Shown: positions 27,307 through 34,388 of the stretch, piece after piece
How the letters are laid out: every line of letters starts with the position of its first letter
Position numbering within the stretch: position 1 is the first letter of the stretch
Assembly (NCBI GenBank): GCA_035328405.1
Contig: DAOLIT010000028.1
Location: 577-64,576 of the forward strand
DNA length: 64,000 bases
Source: Pseudomonadota bacterium
Lineage (GTDB): Bacteria; Myxococcota_A; Polyangia; Palsa-1104; JAEUJZ01
Reading direction: 5' to 3'
Notes under the pieces: model-generated
Told to the model about the DNA's origin: nothing
The model's database searches: none
What the model saw: the letters and a program-made list of their open reading frames with translations, nothing else
Translations under genes and position numbers: made by a program

Positions 27307-27379
27307 TCTGGTTGAAGCTCGGTAGTTTTCTGCCTATTCATGGCTGTCTAGGCACCGATTTCAAGCGTAGGAGACCGCA

Positions 27380-28978
27380 TTGAGTAGTGAGCACCGTACT
27401 TGTGCCCCATCCGCCATCACGGGACCCGAGTTACCCATGGATACTGAGCACTCTCAACGAGCAGAATGCCTGGCTCTGGTGATTGCATGGTCCGCACGCG
27501 AACCCCATCGCGTTGGAGAAACCGGTTTGCTCTACCCCGAGAAACCGGAGCACATCTTGGGACGAGACCCGACGAACTTGTTAGAAAATTCGGGGGCAAT
27601 AGCTAGACTCCCTTTGGGTTCTGGGATCACCCCTAACGGCGAACTCCTTCCTGAAGCAGACATGCAGGGAGAACCCGTGGTTTTCTTTCGCCAACGACCA
27701 CAGGGTCTGGGCTTCAGCTCAGAGACTGAAAGGGGTAGCAGTATCCTGCACGGAGAGTCTCTTTCCCGGAGACAGCTCGCCATCCGTGTTGGAACTGACT
27801 CTCTGTTGGTTCGCAACATTGGTCGCTGTCGTTTGTCTGTGAATGGCCAAGTCGTGCGAGAAGCAATCGTTCGTTCGGGAGACACCCTTTATCTTAGGAA
27901 TCAACTTCTCCTGTATTGTACGTATCGTCCCCTTATCGCTCCTGGGCTGAAAGCATACCCTGTGGATCGTGTTCCCCCTTTTGGCGAGCCCGATCGAGAT
28001 GGAATGATCGGGGAGAGTCCAATCATGTGGAAACTCCGCGATCGGATCGCTGCGTGTGCGCGTACAAGTTATCACGTCCTGGTCGTGGGGGAGAGTGGTT
28101 GCGGCAAGGAGTTGGCAGCCCAAGCGATCCATTCGCTGTCGAATCGCGCGCATCGGAAACTTGTGGCAGACAACATCGCCGCGATTCCTCCCAGCTTGGC
28201 TTCTGCGCTTCTGTTTGGAAACAAAAAAAACTTTCCCAACCCTGGCATGGAGGAACGTGCGGGGTTGCTTGGATCGGCACATGGGTCTTCTCTGTTTCTC
28301 GATGAAATCGGAGACATGCCCGAGGAAGTCCAGCCGTTGTTTCTTCGCGTAACAGAGCACAATGGGGAGTACTTTCGTTTGGGAGAGGAGAATAGACTTC
28401 AGCAGTCAGACTTCCGTCTGATTGGAGCCACGAATCGACCCGAACAGATGCGGTATGAACTCAAGCGTCGTTTTCAACGCGAAATCCGCGTTCCAGGGGT
28501 TAATTCTCGCAAAGAAGATATCCCCTTATTGATACGCCATTTGCTGAAACAGCAGGCTGAAGCCGACGACGTGGATGCTTCCAGATTCATCGTAAATGGA
28601 TATCCAATGGTTCATCCACAACTCGTCGAGCAACTTATCCATCACAATTATAAAACACATGTCTCTGAGGTGATGTTTTTGCTCGGTCAAGCGATGTCGG
28701 AAAGTGACCACGACATCATTATGCCGCTTGGGTCAGGAATTAAACCAGAAACAGCCGCACGGCCTGCTCGGATCGATTCGGCAAAACGCTCATCTCCGCG
28801 TCCTCTTCCGTCGATAGATGAAGTGAGGCGTGCTTTAGATGAGCAAAAGTGGCACATCACGCGCACGGCCAATGCACTGGATATTTCGCGTGATCAACTC
28901 AACCGATTGATACGAAAAGAAGGCCTTCAAGTTGATCGAGGCAAGCAATCTATGCGCAGTTTCATTGAGGGAAAATAA
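27380..28978 (+). CDS. Enhancer-binding-protein-family AAA+ regulator (FHA-like N-domain, AAA+ core, Fis-type HTH) with a degenerate GAFTGA loop
   Basis: Walker A: VVGESGCGKELAA. Walker B: SLFLDEIGDM. Other AAA+ blocks: RLIGATNRP, VPGVNSRKEDIPLLIRHLL. C-terminal HTH: KWHITRTANALDISRDQLNRLIRKEGL. The N-terminal FHA-like block is SLSRRQLAIRVGTDSLLVRNIGRCRLSVNGQVV...GDTLYL. The GAFTGA position reads NFPNPG. The TTG start is preceded by AGGAG 6 nt upstream. Confidence 0.88.
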   Translation: MSSEHRTCAPSAITGPELPMDTEHSQRAECLALVIAWSAREPHRVGETGLLYPEKPEHILGRDPTNLLENSGAIARLPLGSGITPNGELLPEADMQGEPVVFFRQRPQGLGFSSETERGSSILHGESLSRRQLAIRVGTDSLLVRNIGRCRLSVNGQVVREAIVRSGDTLYLRNQLLLYCTYRPLIAPGLKAYPVDRVPPFGEPDRDGMIGESPIMWKLRDRIAACARTSYHVLVVGESGCGKELAAQAIHSLSNRAHRKLVADNIAAIPPSLASALLFGNKKNFPNPGMEERAGLLGSAHGSSLFLDEIGDMPEEVQPLFLRVTEHNGEYFRLGEENRLQQSDFRLIGATNRPEQMRYELKRRFQREIRVPGVNSRKEDIPLLIRHLLKQQAEADDVDASRFIVNGYPMVHPQLVEQLIHHNYKTHVSEVMFLLGQAMSESDHDIIMPLGSGIKPETAARPARIDSAKRSSPRPLPSIDEVRRALDEQKWHITRTANALDISRDQLNRLIRKEGLQVDRGKQSMRSFIEGK

Positions 28979-29047
28979 CATAGATACATGTGACTTTTCA
29001 TTGGCTTTTAATCCAACAGAATCACATGGCTGTAATATCGGTGGTTC

Positions 29048-31552
29048 ATGCGAAAACTTCTTTGTATTCTAGCAATTATATCGCCAGGATGTGACCTGTT
29101 TATCACATCAAATCCTGCAAATTGCGTATTATCCGAAACAAACTGCCAGACTGGATATCAGTGCAATCGGGTCAGCCAGCGTTGCGAAAAAATTGCGGAT
29201 TGCATCGAAGATCCGTTCTCGTGTTCTCCCACCGAAACCTGCGATGCCACTGCTCGGATTTGTATTCCCAAGCACTGTGGAACAGATCCATCCATCTGTT
29301 CGCAAGACCAAGCCTGCGATGGCGCAACTGGACAGTGCATGACGCGCGCCTTCGTACTGGGACAGATCGATACGGTCATGAACGCGAGTTTGGCGTATGG
29401 ATTGACAAACCCCTATTCCGTGCTCTTCGTTCCCGATGTGAGCAATCCTTTGCGAACGAAGTTGATTGTCGCAGACTCTGGGAACCGGCGTGTGTTGATC
29501 TGGAACGACGTTCCCACGAGCAATCGCCCAGCCGATGCCGTGTTGGGACAACCCGATGTGTACACATCCAGTAGCGGCCCCTATGGTGGTGTCAACGAAG
29601 GAAGTCTTGGGTGGCCGGTATCTGTGTCAACAGACGGAACCCAACTTGCAGTCAGCGATGGGCAGGCGTATCGCGTGCTGTTTTGGGGTCAAATTCCCAT
29701 GCAAGCTCCCACGCGCGGTCCCATTCCTGCGGTTCGCATTTGGGGGCAGAGCAATTTTCAAAACGCCTCGCCCAATGCTGGTTCCCCTGATCCAAGTCCG
29801 CGTGGGATCACACTTCCATTTGCAGCCTTTGGTCCGACTGGAAGATTCTTTGTTTCGGACTATCACAACGCGCGTCTCTTGGGATTTACGACGCCTCCTG
29901 CCGGTGGACAGACATCGGCTTCGTTTGTAGCCGGACAGACTGACTTTGTGAGTAACATTCCAAGTCCAACAGACTCAGGAATGAATCATCCTCGAGGTCT
30001 TTCCACAGATGGAACTCAGCTGTTTGTTCCTGATTCTGGATACCACCGAATCCAGGTGTTTGATAATGCGATGTTCGCAAACGGGGCGAAGGCGACCGCC
30101 GTGATTGGGCAATCGAATTTCACCGCAATCAGTCCGAACGCGGGTGGCCCCCTCTCTGCGACCACACTGTATACTCCGTCAGGCGCTGCGGTTGCACCAT
30201 CCACCCCTCGCTTTCTGTTTGTCGCAGATTTTTCAAACAATCGCGTCGTTCGATATCCGATCACGACGGTTCCTATGTTTGGCCTTGCGGCGGATCTGGT
30301 GTTGGGACAACCCAACATGACCAGCGGAAGTCCCAACCAAGGGGGGCCGGCAACCGCAGCCACCATGAACCGTCCTATTGGTGTTGCCACCGACGGGAAG
30401 AGACTTGCCGTTGCAGACTATTCAAATCATCGCGTTCTTCTGTGGAACACGTTGCCGACCGTTTCAGGGGCCAATGCAGATGTGATTTTGGGACAACCCA
30501 ATGCAGGATCTGTCTTACCGAACGTCGCCCCCGCTCGCGGCCCTTTGCAGTTTGTGGGACCGCAAGGAGTCGATACCGATGGAGAACGTCTGGCGCTCGC
30601 AGACACCACAAACCATCGCATACTCCTTTGGAAGAAAATTCCGGTCGATGGAACGCAACCTCCTGATCTGGTGTTGGGACAAACAGACTTTCAACAGAGT
30701 ACCCAGAACGGTGGAACAGGGGCGGTTTCTGGATCGGGATTGTCCAGTCCGAACTGGATCTCTTTATTCAATGGGAGACTCGCTGTTGCTGATTCAGGCA
30801 ACAACCGGATTCTGATCTGGAATGTGTTTCCCACTCAAAACAATCAGCCTGCGGACATTTGTTTGGGACAGACGAGCTGTACATCGGCATTGGCATCCGC
30901 AGGTACCTCTGGATTCCGTGTGCCCAGCGGACTCTCTTGGATGGGAGAACAGCTCATTGTGTCTGACACCGGAAACCACAGGGTCCTGTTGTTTCCGTCT
31001 CCTGTGACCCAGGGATCGAGCGCCAAGATCGTGTTGGGACAAGCGGATTTTGTGACGGTCACAGCGAACAGCGGCGGCTTGTCTGCCAAGTCTCTGTATA
31101 GCCCTCGCGGTGTCACCACATATGACGGAAAACTTCTGGTGGCAGATCGCGCCAACCATCGCGTTTTGGTGTGGAACGCCATTCCCACCGCAAGCGGCAT
31201 TCCGGGAAACAGCGTTCTGTGTCAGATTGATTTTGTCACCAGCTACACAAGACCCGATCAACACCTTTGTGAAGCCCCTCTAGGAGTGATCGTCAATCAA
31301 GGACGTATCTATGTGTCAAGTGGAGGACAAAGCCGAATTCTGTATTGGAATGCGTTTCCGTCAGAAAATGGCATTCCTGCGGATGGTGTATTAGGGCAGA
31401 CCAGTTTTCTCGGTTCCGCTCCCAACAGTGCAGCACTCCCCTCTATTGAACGGCTGTCCGTTCCAACACAAATCGCCGCGTTTGACCATCAGCTTTTTGT
31501 TGCAGACCAAGAGTACAACAGAATCGTTATACGACCATTGCCTAGTCTTTAA
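29048..31552 (+). CDS. Secreted lipoprotein with a Cys-rich N-terminal region and 12 NHL-type beta-propeller repeats
   Basis: Signal/lipobox: MRKLLCILAIISPGC. A Cys-rich stretch follows (about 16 Cys in the first ~100 aa). Then come 12 repeats of the type (V/L)ADxxNHRVLxWNxxP...ADxVLGQxxF. Confidence 0.85.
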   Translation: MRKLLCILAIISPGCDLFITSNPANCVLSETNCQTGYQCNRVSQRCEKIADCIEDPFSCSPTETCDATARICIPKHCGTDPSICSQDQACDGATGQCMTRAFVLGQIDTVMNASLAYGLTNPYSVLFVPDVSNPLRTKLIVADSGNRRVLIWNDVPTSNRPADAVLGQPDVYTSSSGPYGGVNEGSLGWPVSVSTDGTQLAVSDGQAYRVLFWGQIPMQAPTRGPIPAVRIWGQSNFQNASPNAGSPDPSPRGITLPFAAFGPTGRFFVSDYHNARLLGFTTPPAGGQTSASFVAGQTDFVSNIPSPTDSGMNHPRGLSTDGTQLFVPDSGYHRIQVFDNAMFANGAKATAVIGQSNFTAISPNAGGPLSATTLYTPSGAAVAPSTPRFLFVADFSNNRVVRYPITTVPMFGLAADLVLGQPNMTSGSPNQGGPATAATMNRPIGVATDGKRLAVADYSNHRVLLWNTLPTVSGANADVILGQPNAGSVLPNVAPARGPLQFVGPQGVDTDGERLALADTTNHRILLWKKIPVDGTQPPDLVLGQTDFQQSTQNGGTGAVSGSGLSSPNWISLFNGRLAVADSGNNRILIWNVFPTQNNQPADICLGQTSCTSALASAGTSGFRVPSGLSWMGEQLIVSDTGNHRVLLFPSPVTQGSSAKIVLGQADFVTVTANSGGLSAKSLYSPRGVTTYDGKLLVADRANHRVLVWNAIPTASGIPGNSVLCQIDFVTSYTRPDQHLCEAPLGVIVNQGRIYVSSGGQSRILYWNAFPSENGIPADGVLGQTSFLGSAPNSAALPSIERLSVPTQIAAFDHQLFVADQEYNRIVIRPLPSL

Positions 31553-31931
31553 GTCACTTTCAATGTATGTAAAGTGGTGTAAGTATGCCAAACTCATATT
31601 CCACAGACTTGTGCCTGAATGTGGTTTATATGTTTAACACTCAAACAACGAAGTTCTGTGTAAAGAAGATAGATATGATATGTTTGAAATGTGATAATGT
31701 AATACTCAATGAGATGAGTATGTCATCCATGTGAACCTACAATCCACCTTTTCCATCCCGTATCAACCCTATTCCCGTCGAAGAAGCACGTTTCGGATTG
31801 ACAGACCTGTGAAAAAAAACTGGATTGTGTATCTGGGCTCTGAAAGGGGGCCTCTATGGGGTGTGTATGCGTACAAAAGACGGGCCCCTGTGTGACCTCA
31901 TGCTAGGAAGGGGGAATGTCTACCGTGGGAA

Positions 31932-32867
31932 TCATGTGCTCTGGTATGCCTGTGTGTCGTCTCTGTGCGGAGTGGCTTCACCTTGCAACAGAACAATGGT
32001 CCTCTCCGATTTCGTGCGAGCAGTCACAGTTTGGCTCGAACCTGAAAGGGGCTCGAACCCGAGGAACTGATTCGGTGCCAGCATCATGAAACTGCTTTGA
32101 TCGCGTAGGACGAGTTTTACATCCAAAAACAGACCCCGCGAATCCAAAGCAGGAAGAACGTGATCGTGCAGTCTGCGCATCGCTTCTATGGGCCATGGCC
32201 TTCCACAACCGCAAGTGGCATGGTCGGCATGCAGCGTAATAGAAACGGCAGAAACCAGAATCGTTGCAAACCCTCCGCAGACAGAACCGTCTCCGATGAT
32301 CCACTCTCCCAGAATCATGAAAGACGCCCGAACTTTTCGTTCGACAATCGATCTACCTACCGCAACCTCAAGTTCTGGGAAGACATGCGAAAACACCCAA
32401 TGTACGGTGTATGTAGAACGCAAACCCAGCAGGCTGAACAGCCGAGCCATAACGCTCAGCCAATTCCGGGATATGGTTTGATCGCGCTCTGGGAATGACG
32501 CTGCTGCAGTTCCCTTCAGCAGCCAGTGAGAAAAGAAACCCAGAAAATCAGACAAGGACTCCTCTTTTTGGAGGAGCAGAATCCTGCGAAAGTAGTTTGG
32601 GAGTGGTGTTTGAGGGGACAACCAACCCAAGTTCAGACAGACAATCGTTCGACGAGATGGCGCTCGCCGAAACCTCACAGAGTCCACCACGCATCCTGCA
32701 TGCAGCAGTGTGTCATGACTTTGAAATTCGATCTCTTCATCCTGATAGCCAAGAAACCTGAGCAAATCCACAAGTGCAAACAGATCGAAGTCGGTGGCCC
32801 TTTTCTCAATCTCATTCTCAACCAAATCATGAACCATTTCCGTCGGTGCAACTGGTTGTCCTGACAT
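31932..32867 (-). CDS. tssG: TssG (ImpH/VasB-like) baseplate protein, the only complete copy in the window
   Basis: The start at ATG 32867 (MSGQPVAPTEMVHDL...) lies 13 nt after the TssA-like stop; the track start at 32954 would overlap that gene by 74 nt. TssG-like blocks: DFDLFALVDLLRFLG...IEFQSHDTL...LNLGWLSPQTPLPNYF...LSDFLGFFSHWLL. Confidence 0.8.
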   Translation of the reverse strand: MSGQPVAPTEMVHDLVENEIEKRATDFDLFALVDLLRFLGYQDEEIEFQSHDTLLHAGCVVDSVRFRRAPSRRTIVCLNLGWLSPQTPLPNYFRRILLLQKEESLSDFLGFFSHWLLKGTAAASFPERDQTISRNWLSVMARLFSLLGLRSTYTVHWVFSHVFPELEVAVGRSIVERKVRASFMILGEWIIGDGSVCGGFATILVSAVSITLHADHATCGCGRPWPIEAMRRLHDHVLPALDSRGLFLDVKLVLRDQSSFMMLAPNQFLGFEPLSGSSQTVTARTKSERTIVLLQGEATPHRDDTQAYQST

Positions 32868-32880
32868 CGCATTCCCCGCG

Positions 32881-33984
32881 TCAAGTTGTCGCTTGAATGA
32901 ACAGTTCCAAATCAATCCGGTACAGGTCCATGAGTGCCCGCAACGCGAAATCATCCTTCACGTCCAGACTCGGAAGCAACTTGTCTGCATGCGCAACAAT
33001 GTTGCTAAAGTAGTCCCCAAAGATCGACGGCAAGAACAATCGGGGATCAAATTTTTCGATCGTTTCAGCGATGTCCTTGTAGATGATCGCGGCATGTTTG
33101 AAGCGACCCAAACGTACCAATCTGTTGAAGGCCCCAATTTTCTTGATGAGTGCGTGCATGAGAGGCGACAACGTGATCACCAAGGTCGGCTGTCCAGACA
33201 CTCCTGACACCACAGCGATCGGACCCGTTTTTCCGGTCGCTCCCCCTGATGCGTTTCCTGTTTCTGCATTTGGATCTTGTGGCTTCATGTGCTGTCTCTC
33301 CGAGGTAGGGAAGACTCCCTGCGTGTCATGGATTTCCAAACACTCATGTGAACTTCGATCTATCGGTGATATCTCCGACCCGTTCGCATTCCCATCCATT
33401 TTTGCAGACTCCTTTTTGGGGGATTCCTTCCGAGTGGTGGGAAGGTCGTGTAGGGACTTCTGTAGCTGTAATAATGCCGTCCTTGCCAAATAGGTTGGTG
33501 TTCCGGAAAACGTGTGCTCCAGATGTGCGATCACCTCGGCAAGCTTCCCAAGCGCGGAGGCCTGATTCGCCTTCTCCCAATCCCCCAGAAGCGTTTGCCA
33601 CGCCTTTGGATTGAGTTTCTTTGCAAACCTGAATTGGCTTTGAAGAGTGGTTGCAAAAAAGCGCAGCGCGCCATCCAGATGACGCAATTTGTTGTGCGCT
33701 GGTCCGACGAGGGAAAACTGTACCTCCAGTACATGCAGAGTAGCCTCAAACACCCGTTCCAGCGCCCCCATTCCTTGTTGATCAAGGACTGCATACAAGA
33801 GAACCCCCAATGTTCGTGCATCATACACACCGTCGCGCCAGAGTTTCTCTGCAATTTCTCCAGCGGGCACAAATTGATTGCGTTCGGCCATAGACAGAAT
33901 TTGATCCAAATCAGCGTCGATCGAGTTTGTTCCAACGACCTTCGGAGGTCCAAGCGGTTGTCGAAAAAAATCCAAGTCAATCAT
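32881..33984 (-). CDS. TssA-like protein (second copy)
   Basis: Exact copy (+32,330) of 551..1654. Confidence 0.5.
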   Translation of the reverse strand: MIDLDFFRQPLGPPKVVGTNSIDADLDQILSMAERNQFVPAGEIAEKLWRDGVYDARTLGVLLYAVLDQQGMGALERVFEATLHVLEVQFSLVGPAHNKLRHLDGALRFFATTLQSQFRFAKKLNPKAWQTLLGDWEKANQASALGKLAEVIAHLEHTFSGTPTYLARTALLQLQKSLHDLPTTRKESPKKESAKMDGNANGSEISPIDRSSHECLEIHDTQGVFPTSERQHMKPQDPNAETGNASGGATGKTGPIAVVSGVSGQPTLVITLSPLMHALIKKIGAFNRLVRLGRFKHAAIIYKDIAETIEKFDPRLFLPSIFGDYFSNIVAHADKLLPSLDVKDDFALRALMDLYRIDLELFIQATT

Positions 33985-34388
33985 GCCTCACTCCTTTCAA
34001 CCTTCGGCGTATTGCCAGACGGAAACGCAACTGCGCACGGAGCCGGGTCCGCGATTCGGATTTGTCCTCCTTCCGAACAAAGCAAAACCGCGTCTGTCGA
34101 TAGCACCGTCAACTTGACCAGTTGAACGACTTGTTCGCGCTGCGCCCATGTTCCCATCGGTTTAGGAACGCAAACAGGGGGACTCCCGCTTAGCTTCGAT
34201 CTGGCAACCACAGGAGGAGACCCACACCGCGAAAAGGGTGTGATGTTGGAACCGGGTTTCACGTCTTCTACGGTCGCAAATGGCTGTCCAGACGTACAAA
34301 AAACTCCGCGCGAAAGCACGACCAACGTAGACCCCCCTTGACCCCAAGTGCACACAAGTCTTGCTCCGTTGCGAACCCACTCACTCAT
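33981..34388 (-). CDS. DUF4280 PAAR-like protein (second copy)
   Basis: Exact copy (+32,330) of 1651..2058. Confidence 0.75.
   Translation of the reverse strand: MSEWVRNGARLVCTWGQGGSTLVVLSRGVFCTSGQPFATVEDVKPGSNITPFSRCGSPPVVARSKLSGSPPVCVPKPMGTWAQREQVVQLVKLTVLSTDAVLLCSEGGQIRIADPAPCAVAFPSGNTPKVERSEA

Larger units (their letters stand above)
1..31670. repeat. Copy 1 of an exact 32,330-bp head-to-tail direct repeat (matches 32331..64000)
   Basis: Every ORF in the six-frame track recurs at +32,330 with an identical translation. Bases 1-60 read identical to 32331-32390. No unique flanking sequence lies inside the window. Confidence 0.97.

Noticed and set aside
27114-27341. 75-aa minus-strand ORF in the divergent control region.
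   Set aside because: It has no ribosome-binding site or recognisable motif, and it overlaps the plus-strand -24/-12 candidate. The space is better explained as looping DNA between the UAS and the promoter. Ribo-seq could overturn this.
27380-28978. The AAA+ protein as the missing ClpV/TssH.
   Set aside because: It has a single AAA+ module of the NtrC/EBP type (GESGCGKE, RLIGATNRP, a C-terminal Fis-type HTH). ClpV has two Clp/Hsp100 AAA+ modules and an N-domain, and is far larger than this 532-aa protein.
31555-31576. Possible intrinsic terminators. One is the hairpin CACTTT-N10-AAAGTG after the NHL gene. The other is a GGGGCC...GGCCCC stem at about 31846-31890 after tssG.
   Set aside because: The first stem is 6 bp and AT-rich, with no following T-run. 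The second has a loop of about 28 nt and only a TTT tail. Neither meets usual terminator criteria by eye.
1-32330. The 32.33-kb unit as a mobile element, plasmid or prophage.
   Set aside because: I found no integrase, transposase, relaxase, replication or partition gene, no phage capsid or terminase gene, no tRNA target and no terminal inverted or direct repeats. The repeat is reported as an observation, not called a mobile element.
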